Below, one piece after another: positions 21,586-29,627 of a stretch of DNA of 64,000 nt. How positions within the stretch are numbered: the stretch's first letter is position 1; each line of letters opens with the position of its first letter. Under the pieces are notes generated by a model that worked only from the letters and a program-made list of their open reading frames with translations, had not been told where the DNA came from and made no database searches. This DNA is from a virus: IMG/VR virus record IMGVR_UViG_3300044811_000050; one strand, written 5' to 3'. Made by a program: the position numbers and the translations under genes.

Positions 21586-22323
21586 GTGCGGGTGACCGCC
21601 GTTCCGGCCAGCGATCGGATCTCGGAACTCCGAGACCTGTTCCGGTACCTGTCCGAGTTTCGGGCCTGCCACGAGCTGACCGGCCTGGAAGACATCACCA
21701 CCCCGTACGGCAACACCTGGTCGTTGTGGGACCTGGAGTACCTCTACCGGGCCGCCTGCGAGCGGCTCACCATGCGCCAGCAGCAGGCCATCACGCTGTG
21801 CCTGATCCACGGCATCAAGGAGTCCGACGCCGCCGAGCTGATGGGTGTCTCCCGGTCCAACCCGGTGATGATGTACGCCTCGCTGGGCATCCAGCGGCTG
21901 CTCGACATGATCGACTATGGCGAGCTGGACCGCTTCAACAAGCCCCGGCTGCGACCCGAGGACGCCAGTCGCCGCCGCGAGATAATGATCAAGGAACTGG
22001 CGCAGATCATCACGTCCAAGATCATTGAGATCAACGGCTGCTGGCTGTTCCCCAACCGGTTCTCCCGCCCGCCCAGGGTGCTGCTGCGCGCCCCGCAGAC
22101 CAGCACCGGCTACATCCTGGTCTCCCCGATGCAGATCCTCTGGCAGGACCAGATCGGTCCGGTACCCCCGGGCTGCCGGGTCGAGCACCAGATCGCCATC
22201 CCGGCGGTCTCCATCGCGTGCGTGAACCCCATCCACGGTGAGCTGATCATGTCTGCCCAGCGCAAGGCCTGGCTCCAGTCGCTCGCCAAGCAGTACATCC
22301 GATCAAGAGAGGTGTCGGCATGA
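21586..22323 (+). CDS. Sigma-70 region-4-like DNA-binding protein fused to a degenerate HNH domain
   Basis: LTMRQQQAITLCLIHGIKESDAAELMGVS HTH; C-terminal NGCWLF..GPVPPG..EH..CVNPIH. Confidence 0.7.
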   Translation: MRVTAVPASDRISELRDLFRYLSEFRACHELTGLEDITTPYGNTWSLWDLEYLYRAACERLTMRQQQAITLCLIHGIKESDAAELMGVSRSNPVMMYASLGIQRLLDMIDYGELDRFNKPRLRPEDASRRREIMIKELAQIITSKIIEINGCWLFPNRFSRPPRVLLRAPQTSTGYILVSPMQILWQDQIGPVPPGCRVEHQIAIPAVSIACVNPIHGELIMSAQRKAWLQSLAKQYIRSREVSA

Positions 22324-22649
22324 GCGAAGTGGTCCGCTGCGGCGTGCATCCCCATCTGGAGGCGGTGGCCAACGAACTGATCTTTGGCTCGCTGAAGGGG
22401 GTCACCAGTCAGAGCGCCAAGTCCGACGTGCTGACCCCCTGGAAAGAGCAGGACCGGCGCAGCCGGGAGGTGCAGTCCGTCACCGGCAGCGTGGACCCGG
22501 CGCTGCGGAGGGGGATGTATCACCGAGCGGCGAACACCGTGCAGACCCACCTCAACGCCCGCGACGGGGTGGCCGGGATGACCGGCGGCACCCATTCCGA
22601 GATGCGGGACGACTGGCCGGCCTGGGGCGGCCCGCTGGGCGCGGCATGA
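22320..22649 (+). CDS. Hypothetical protein
   Basis: GAGGTG RBS, ATGA overlaps. Confidence 0.65.
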   Translation: MSEVVRCGVHPHLEAVANELIFGSLKGVTSQSAKSDVLTPWKEQDRRSREVQSVTGSVDPALRRGMYHRAANTVQTHLNARDGVAGMTGGTHSEMRDDWPAWGGPLGAA

Positions 22650-23365
22650 CCCGCAGACGGCCTCGTAACTCGGCGACGGTCAGCGAGTTCCGCCAGTCGA
22701 TGGTGCAGGTCCGGATCGGCAGCCGGACCTACGACGCGGTCTACCAGACGAACTGCCACACCTGCACGCACCCGGCCCGGATGTTGATCGAGGAGAAGAT
22801 CCTCCAGAACTTCTCCTTCCGGTCCATCGCCGAGCTGTACTCGCAAAAGACGATCGAGGGCGAGGGCGGCCGGCCGATCACCCTGCCCAAGATCGGCCAC
22901 ATGTCGATCTACAACCACTTCCACAACGGGCACATGCCGCTGGAGGCGGCCACTCTGCGCAAGATGGCCGAGCGCCGCGCCCGGCAGATCGGCCACCAGT
23001 ACGAGGAAGCGGTCGATCAGTTCGTCGACCACATGGTGCTGGCCGAGGCCACCATCGCCCGGGTCTACGACCGGATGGTCAAGGGTGAGATCGAGCCGGA
23101 GGTCCGCGACGGCCTGGCGGCGGCCAAGCTGATGGCCGACGTGGAGGCCGAGCAGTCCGCCGGGCTGGACTCGGAGGCCTGGAGCGAGGCCATGTCGGTC
23201 TACTTCGAGACCGCCCGCCACCACATGGACGAGCAGACCTGGACGCGATTCACCGCCGATCTTCAGGTCAACCCGATCCTGCGGGCGCTGGAGCGCCGCC
23301 TCAACCCGGGCATGACGGTCGACGGCGAAGTGGCCGAACCGCTGCCCCTCAAAGGAGCCTCATGA
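22646..23365 (+). CDS. Hypothetical protein, possible terminase small subunit
   Basis: CHTC..HFHNGH zinc-HTH N-terminus, helical C-terminus, upstream of terminase. Confidence 0.55.
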   Translation: MTRRRPRNSATVSEFRQSMVQVRIGSRTYDAVYQTNCHTCTHPARMLIEEKILQNFSFRSIAELYSQKTIEGEGGRPITLPKIGHMSIYNHFHNGHMPLEAATLRKMAERRARQIGHQYEEAVDQFVDHMVLAEATIARVYDRMVKGEIEPEVRDGLAAAKLMADVEAEQSAGLDSEAWSEAMSVYFETARHHMDEQTWTRFTADLQVNPILRALERRLNPGMTVDGEVAEPLPLKGAS

Positions 23366-23715
23366 GCATCGACCTTTACGATCATGACCTGATCGCCATC
23401 GACCGGGGCCCGGTGGCCTGGATGACCCGTCACCAGGGCAGTTCGATGAGCTTGGAGAACTTCCGCCGGGCCGCCGAAGAGCAGTTCGCCGAGGTCGGTT
23501 TCCGGGCCACCGTGAAGTGCTACGAGACGAACGAGTCCGGCACCTACGCGTTCGACATCGAGATCAACGGTCGGATCGAGCAGCACGCCTTCGACTTCGA
23601 CCGCCAGGTGCACGAGGTGACCAACGGGGTGCTGCTCGGTGAGGCCGCCGGCACCATCAAGACCTCCGAGGCGATGAAGAACGTCGACCTGAAGGGGCAC
23701 AAGTGCGGTGGGTGA
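23362..23715 (+). CDS. Hypothetical protein
   Basis: AAAGGAG RBS, ATGA overlap. Confidence 0.7.
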   Translation: MSIDLYDHDLIAIDRGPVAWMTRHQGSSMSLENFRRAAEEQFAEVGFRATVKCYETNESGTYAFDIEINGRIEQHAFDFDRQVHEVTNGVLLGEAAGTIKTSEAMKNVDLKGHKCGG

Positions 23716-23851
23716 TCCGCGCGGTCGGCGCCCTCTTGGCCGCCGCCGTCGGTTCCGTGCTGTTGGTCGCCGCCTTCTGCGCGGTCGCCCAGGGCCTCAG
23801 GCGGGTCCTGGACGACCATTGGCACCACTACGGGCTGGATGACCCCAGCGA

Positions 23852-25870
23852 GTGCCGCCGGGCCCCGTGACGAGCGCTCAGCGCCCCGGACGGGCGGCCA
23901 AGACGATGCTGCGCCCCACCGACTATCGGTTGTGGGCGGGGCTCGACGTGCCCGATCCGATCACCTTCGTGGTCAGCCCGGGGTGGCTGGACCGCCCGCA
24001 GCTCTACCCCCGCCAGGCCACCCTGCTCAAGGTGATCTTCCTGCGGGAGGACCTGTTCACCGACTACGACTACCAGGTGGTGGCCGAGTGGGAGGACAAC
24101 TTCCGGCGGACCGGCAACAACGGGATCACTCCGGGGATCCTGGACCGGATGCGGCACCTGCGTGAGCACGGCTACAGCCACTTCCGCGAGGTGTTGCTGG
24201 TGATGGGTCGCCGCGCCGGCAAGGGCTACGTCTCCGCGCTGGCCATGGCCTACGTGCTGTGGCGCTACGTGAGCCGGAGTGATCCGCAGGGCTACTACGG
24301 GGTGGACCGGGACAAGCAGCTGGCCTGCTTCATCTATGCCGGCAAAAAAGAGCAGGCTAGGGAAAATCTCTGGAAGGACCTCGCCAACGTCATTCTGAGC
24401 GCGCCCTGTTTCACCGAATACGTGTCCCGGCCGATGGGGGAAACGCTCACCGTCTACGCCCCGAATGATTTCCTGCGGATGCGCAAGCGGGAACAACGCG
24501 GCATTGTCACCGCCGCCGATCAGGCCACCTTCACGATTCAACCGAAGGAAGCGACCCTGATGTCCGGCCGTGGCCCGGCCAGCTTCATGCAGGGCTACGA
24601 CGAGATGGCGCACCAGGTGAGTGCCGGCGGCGCGGCGCGCTCCGCCGAGGAGATCTACGGGGCGGCTACCCCGGCGCTGGACCAGTTCAAGAAGGACGCG
24701 TTCATCATCGAACCCAGCTCGCCCTGGCAGATGATCGGCCAGTTCTACACGAACTGGGAGAACAGCCTGGCTACCGACGCCGCCACCGGGCAGCCGATCT
24801 ACCCCGAGATGATGATGGTGCAGCTCACCAGCTGGGACATCTATCAGGACTGGCAGCAGGCCCATGAGCTGGACCTTTTACCCTCCGATTACCTGGGTGA
24901 CCTGAAGGAGTACCAGGACCAGCCGCACCCTCAGATGATCCGGCTGAAGGGTGCCATCCAGGACTACGACGACGGGATGCGCCGGCTGGAGCGGGCCAAC
25001 CCGGAGACCTTCTCGGTCGAGCGGCTGAGCCATTGGCAGGCCACCATCGACGCCTACCTGGACCCCAAGAAGATCGACGCCGTCTTCGGGCCCTACCGGG
25101 ACGAGGCCCTCCAGATGAACCGCAGCGGGGTGCTGTCCGTGTTCTACAAGGGACACGCGGACCCCAGCTTGGCCAACGCCAACTTCGGGGTGGCCATCGC
25201 GCACCCCGAGGTCGACGACGAGGGCTTCACCCATTGCGTGTTCGACTACATCTCGCATTGGAGCCCCACCGACTTCGACGACAACACAATCGACTACGTC
25301 CAGATCGAGCAGGAGCTGTGGGAGCTGGTCCAGGACTTCAAGACCGACGAGTTCACCTTCGACCAATGGAACTCGGCCAGCGTCATTGCCCAGCTCAAGA
25401 AACGGGTCTACGAGGCCAAGTTCCCGAAGCGGGTGCAGATCTACGAGCAGACCGCCACGGTGTCGCACAACTGGAAGCGCGCGGAGAACTTCAAGATCTC
25501 CATCAACCAGGGCTGGGTGCACGCCCCGTTCTACGAGCTGGCCGCCATGGAGCTGCGGTTCCTCCAGCTCAAGAACGGCAAGGTGGAGAAGCAGGAGACC
25601 GGTCCGGTGACCACCAAGGACGTCGCGGACTGCATGTTCGAGTGCGTCTGGAAGATCCTCGGCGACCAGGTCGGCGCGTTCATTGGCGGCAAGCTCAACC
25701 AGCTCCCGCTGGGCGCCAACGCGCAGGGCGGATTCAACCCGTATACCCGCGAGATGGAGCGCCCCGAAGTGATGAACCAGCTCGGTGGCCTGCACCGGCG
25801 GGACTTCATGGCCCGGGGCGGCCGGATGAACCCGGCCCGGTCGGCAAGCCGAGGTGGGCGCCGTCGTTGA
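23852..25870 (+). CDS. terL: Terminase large subunit
   Basis: LYPRQ Q-motif, Walker A MGRRAGKG, KKEQA, Walker B YDEMAH, SSPW, nuclease HADPS, FDQWNS, KDVADC; start uncertain. Confidence 0.85.
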   Translation: MPPGPVTSAQRPGRAAKTMLRPTDYRLWAGLDVPDPITFVVSPGWLDRPQLYPRQATLLKVIFLREDLFTDYDYQVVAEWEDNFRRTGNNGITPGILDRMRHLREHGYSHFREVLLVMGRRAGKGYVSALAMAYVLWRYVSRSDPQGYYGVDRDKQLACFIYAGKKEQARENLWKDLANVILSAPCFTEYVSRPMGETLTVYAPNDFLRMRKREQRGIVTAADQATFTIQPKEATLMSGRGPASFMQGYDEMAHQVSAGGAARSAEEIYGAATPALDQFKKDAFIIEPSSPWQMIGQFYTNWENSLATDAATGQPIYPEMMMVQLTSWDIYQDWQQAHELDLLPSDYLGDLKEYQDQPHPQMIRLKGAIQDYDDGMRRLERANPETFSVERLSHWQATIDAYLDPKKIDAVFGPYRDEALQMNRSGVLSVFYKGHADPSLANANFGVAIAHPEVDDEGFTHCVFDYISHWSPTDFDDNTIDYVQIEQELWELVQDFKTDEFTFDQWNSASVIAQLKKRVYEAKFPKRVQIYEQTATVSHNWKRAENFKISINQGWVHAPFYELAAMELRFLQLKNGKVEKQETGPVTTKDVADCMFECVWKILGDQVGAFIGGKLNQLPLGANAQGGFNPYTREMERPEVMNQLGGLHRRDFMARGGRMNPARSASRGGRRR

Positions 25871-26086
25871 GATCACCAATCTCTAGACGGTTCCTCCTGA
25901 CAAACGATATCCTCGCGGTGCCCCACATGGGCTTTGCGGTCACCTTTGGCGGGGTGACCGCGCGAAAGCACCGGACGGCTCGGGTTTGTGGTGATCCCCG
26001 AGTCTCCGGTGCTCAAACCCTTCGTGCTTTGCCCTTCGGGCCTTACCGTGAGCTGTCGATTAGACATCAGCTGAGGGGATTACCGC

Positions 26087-26620
26087 GTGGACGCGGACGA
26101 GATCGAAGTGGGTAAGAGCTACGCCTATGTGGCCCAGGGTCATCAATCCGGCCCGCATCACCCGGTACGGGCGGTGGTCACCGCCGAGCCCGAGGGCGGC
26201 TACGCCGAGGTCACCCTCTACTTTCCTGACACCGGTCAGGACGGCGGCCGGGTGAAGACCCGCGAGCTGGTCGGTGAATGGGATGCCGAGCCGGTCAACC
26301 AGCAGTACGCCGCCGCCCGGCAGGCCGCCCACGACCGGGGCGAGACGCTCACCTGGGAGCACATCGCCGAGCGGCGCTACGCCGAGGTCGCCCGGCAACG
26401 GGCGCTGGCCTCACGCCTGTTGCGGTTCGGAATCCAGCGCGAGGCTCGGCCCTACGCCGGGCGCGGCGGCAGCTCCACCAAGCCCCACGACGTGGATCTC
26501 CAGCTCAACTACGACGAGATCGAAAAGCTGCTTGACGCCGCCGAACGCGGGCCCGGCACACCGGCCCCTTTCGCCGGGGCATTCACCCCGCCAGAAACGG
26601 TTGACGTAAACGCTGGGTGA
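26087..26620 (+). CDS. Hypothetical protein (SH3-like N-terminus)
   Basis: GAGGGG RBS before GTG; typical codon usage. Confidence 0.65.
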   Translation: MDADEIEVGKSYAYVAQGHQSGPHHPVRAVVTAEPEGGYAEVTLYFPDTGQDGGRVKTRELVGEWDAEPVNQQYAAARQAAHDRGETLTWEHIAERRYAEVARQRALASRLLRFGIQREARPYAGRGGSSTKPHDVDLQLNYDEIEKLLDAAERGPGTPAPFAGAFTPPETVDVNAG

Positions 26621-26642
26621 TCGCCAGTAGACCCCGTAAACT
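26601..26642 (+). promoter_or_regulatory. Repeat promoter/operator element
   Basis: TTGAC-N17-GCCAG-N9-TAAACT, then CCGAACCGGAGG leader. Confidence 0.65.
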
Positions 26643-26685
26643 AGGTTCTGTAAGGCACCACCAGGACCGAACCGGAGGTCTTCCG

Positions 26686-27180
26686 ATGACCCGCTACGAC
26701 GCGCAGAACCAGCCAGCCGATCTGTTCGACAGGTACGGCCTGTACGCCCGCTACGACGCGTCCAGCCAGACGTACGACCGGGACCGCGCTCGGAGTCGTC
26801 CCGTGCGCCAGGCCCGCCGGACCCAGCGCGCCGCCACCCCGAAGGGTTCGATCGTGGGGCGCCGGCTGTGGATCGTCGGCCTGCTGGAGCTGCTCTACAT
26901 CATCTTCTTCATCCTGGCGCCGGCCATGCAGGGTGCCGAGATGGCGGACGGCGCCACCGGCGGGGTCCTGGGCTTCCTGTTCTTCACCGCACTCGGCACC
27001 TTCGCCACCAGCTTCCTGGTGTGGTTCGCCCGCAGGGACGACGAATCGGGCGGCGTGTGGTCCCGCAACGCCCACACGGCGTTCCGGCTGGGCCTGCCGA
27101 TCATCGGCACCACCTACCTCGCCTACAAGGGCAGCGTGGGTGTCGCCCGGCACCTGCACCGCGTAATCACCAAGGACTGA
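26686..27180 (+). CDS. Membrane protein (about 3 TM)
   Basis: CCGAACCGGAGG leader before ATG 26686; three hydrophobic segments. Confidence 0.75.
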   Translation: MTRYDAQNQPADLFDRYGLYARYDASSQTYDRDRARSRPVRQARRTQRAATPKGSIVGRRLWIVGLLELLYIIFFILAPAMQGAEMADGATGGVLGFLFFTALGTFATSFLVWFARRDDESGGVWSRNAHTAFRLGLPIIGTTYLAYKGSVGVARHLHRVITKD

Positions 27181-27248
27181 CGTGCCTGCCATCTCCGCCG
27201 TGAGCCCGCCTCAAGAGGTGAGGGGCGACTCACGGCGGGAGGCTGTTT

Positions 27249-28037
27249 ATGCCCAACGCGGTCGACGTGTTGGCGGGTGGTGGCATCGCTCGTGCGGCCG
27301 AAGTGATCGAGCTGGCCGGGGCGGCCAAGCTGGAGCTGGCCTGCGCGGTGGTGCTGCTGCTGAAGGAGAGCGGCGGCGGGGCGAACCTGTTCGGCCACGA
27401 CGGGGTGCCCGACGGTGGTCAGTACGTCAAGGGCGGCCCGGTGGATCAGGCCAGCTACGCCCGGTACAAGGCGTGGCGCCAAGCCGGCTCCGGCCGGATG
27501 CAGGGCGTCGGACCCTGCCAGCTGACCTACTACACCATCCAGGACCAAGCCGACGCCCGTGGCGGCTGCTGGGACTGGCGGGTGAACTGCGCGGTCGGCT
27601 TCGACCTGCTGGCCACCCAGATCCGGACCAAGGGCGTGCAGGACGGCTTCCGGGCCTACAACGGCGCGGGGCCGGCGGCCGAGGCCTACGGCCGGGACGC
27701 GATGGCCCGGCTCGGGATCTGGCGACCCCTGCTTTCCGGGGTCTCCACGACGGTCTTGGTCTCCAACGTCACCCCGGCCTCCAGCGGCGCGGACAGCTTG
27801 CCGGACCTGGCCTACGGGTTGATGAACAACCCGGGCGTGGCCAGCCTCCAGCGCTTCCTCAACGCCTACAACTGGCGTCCCGCGCTGCCGCTGCTGCCGG
27901 CGACCGGGAACTACCTGGATCAGACGGTCAACGTGCTCCGGCAAGCGCAGGCCCAGATGGGCGTGCGGGGAGGCGACGGCCGCAACGTGGGACCGGCGAC
28001 CAAGGCCGCGCTGTGGCGGCGCGGCTGGAGAGGCTAA
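27249..28037 (+). CDS. Endolysin-like protein (lysozyme-like domain + peptidoglycan-binding domain)
   Basis: KESGG, GVGPCQLT, AYNG motifs; C-terminal VASLQRFLN..GPATKAAL. Confidence 0.75.
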   Translation: MPNAVDVLAGGGIARAAEVIELAGAAKLELACAVVLLLKESGGGANLFGHDGVPDGGQYVKGGPVDQASYARYKAWRQAGSGRMQGVGPCQLTYYTIQDQADARGGCWDWRVNCAVGFDLLATQIRTKGVQDGFRAYNGAGPAAEAYGRDAMARLGIWRPLLSGVSTTVLVSNVTPASSGADSLPDLAYGLMNNPGVASLQRFLNAYNWRPALPLLPATGNYLDQTVNVLRQAQAQMGVRGGDGRNVGPATKAALWRRGWRG

Positions 28038-28046
28038 GGAGAGACC

Positions 28047-28202
28047 ATGATCGTGTTCGGAGTGATCTTGCTATTGATCGGCTGGCTGACCGGGATCGGC
28101 ATCCTCTACACCGTGGGGGCGATCCTGCTGGTGGTCGGCCTGGTTCTGCTGCTGCTCGGCTCGGTGGGCCGGGGCATTGGCGGGCGGCGCTGGTACTACT
28201 GA
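28047..28202 (+). CDS. Small 2-TM membrane protein (DUF6131-like)
   Basis: AAGGAG RBS; MIVFGVILLLIGWLTGIGILYTVGAILLVVGLVLLLLGSVGRGIGGRRWYY; below the ORF-track cutoff. Confidence 0.75.
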   Translation: MIVFGVILLLIGWLTGIGILYTVGAILLVVGLVLLLLGSVGRGIGGRRWYY

Positions 28203-28861
28203 TGAAGCTCCGCGCGTGTCTGCCCGCTGTGGCGCTGACCGTCCTGCTGGCCGCGTGCGGCTCAGCTCCGGTGGTGTCGACTCCAGCGCCAGCGCAGGGA
28301 TTCAGCGCGCCAGCATCAACGACCGGGTTCGGCACGGCGGTGCCGCCGATCACTCCTGCGGTGATCGTGCTGCCGGCGTCGATCCACGTCACCGGCACGT
28401 ACCCGAAGACCTGCCATGCGATCAACCTGGGTGGCGGCGCGCTGGGTCCGGACCCGAGGTGCACCCCGGGCGCGGCCACGGCGGCGGTCACCCAGGCCAA
28501 CATCAAGACGACGATCTGCAACCCGAGTTGGCGGACCGGCTCGATCCGGGCCCCGCAGTCGGAGACCGGCCGGGTCAAGAAGCTGGCCATGATCGCCTAC
28601 GGCCTGCCCGCCAGCTCGATCGGCACCACCGAGCTGGACCACCTGGACTCGCTGGCGTTGGGCGGGTCCAACGACGTGCGCAACCTCTGGCCCGAGCCCA
28701 GCGACATCCCCGGCGCCGGGTTCCGCAACCGCAAGGACGACGTGGAGAGCAAGTTGCACGCGGCGGTCTGCCGCGCGCTGCGGCCGGTCCTACTGGCCGA
28801 CGCGCGTGCCGCGCTGGCCGCGAACTGGACCACGGCGCTGACCCGGTTCGGCCTGAAGTGA
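28202..28861 (+). CDS. Lipoprotein with HNH-like nuclease domain
   Basis: Signal peptide with lipobox LAAC; ELDHLDSLALGGSNDVRNLWPEP..KDDVE. Confidence 0.75.
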   Translation: MKLRACLPAVALTVLLAACGSAPVVSTPAPAQGFSAPASTTGFGTAVPPITPAVIVLPASIHVTGTYPKTCHAINLGGGALGPDPRCTPGAATAAVTQANIKTTICNPSWRTGSIRAPQSETGRVKKLAMIAYGLPASSIGTTELDHLDSLALGGSNDVRNLWPEPSDIPGAGFRNRKDDVESKLHAAVCRALRPVLLADARAALAANWTTALTRFGLK

Positions 28862-28877
28862 TCGAAGGGATACGGGA

Positions 28878-29627
28878 GTGAGACACCTCAGCCAGAGCTG
28901 GCGGATGGCACGGGTCGGAGCCACCGGCGCGCGGTTCCAGCACTTTTTCCTGCCCGAGGACCCGGACGAGGCCCATCGCGCGTTGGTACACCTGACCCGC
29001 ACCGCGCACCGACGCGTGGCCGCCGGCAGCTACGAGCACGGCCGGCTGCACGACCTGGTGGCCAACGAGGGGTTCAGCCACCACCCGCTGCACGGCGCCG
29101 CGCCCAGCACCGGCTACATGGCCGCCTACGACGCCCCGGAGGGCTCCGGGCAGGCCGTGACACACCACATCAGCCAGATCACCCCGGAGCACATCGCGGC
29201 GCACCGAGCGGCCATCTCCGAGCACCTCGATAAGGGGGCTTATCAGGGCGGATGGCACGACACCGCCGACGGGAATGTCTACCTGGACGCCTCGCACCAC
29301 TTCGACGACAAGCATTCGGCGCTGAACTTCGCCGGGCACCAGCAGCAGAAGGCGATCTTCAACCTGCATGACTTCTCCGAGCACTTCCTGAACCCCCGGC
29401 AGGACCCGCTGGCGATGAAGGACCACGAGGCGTGGAAGGCCCGTTACGCCGACACCGGCACCGAGCCGCACCCGGCGTTCCACAGCTACGCGCACCGCTA
29501 CCCGAACACCCCCGAGCAGGACGAACATTGGAACCTGCACAGCAAGGGCGCGATGGCCGGCCGCCCGGTCGGGCAGTTCCGCTCCGCGCGCTACGTGGAA
29601 GATCAGCTCCGTAGGCGGCGGTCATGA
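28878..29627 (+). CDS. His-rich hypothetical protein
   Basis: Long ORF; GYMAA..YQGGWHD..VYLDAS..QKAIFNL core. Confidence 0.7.
   Translation: MRHLSQSWRMARVGATGARFQHFFLPEDPDEAHRALVHLTRTAHRRVAAGSYEHGRLHDLVANEGFSHHPLHGAAPSTGYMAAYDAPEGSGQAVTHHISQITPEHIAAHRAAISEHLDKGAYQGGWHDTADGNVYLDASHHFDDKHSALNFAGHQQQKAIFNLHDFSEHFLNPRQDPLAMKDHEAWKARYADTGTEPHPAFHSYAHRYPNTPEQDEHWNLHSKGAMAGRPVGQFRSARYVEDQLRRRRS

Noticed and set aside
8337-25870. Inteins or introns in DnaB, DnaE, RecA or terminase
   Set aside because: No C/S..HN-C/S/T splice termini or LAGLIDADG motifs seen; core motifs are contiguous.
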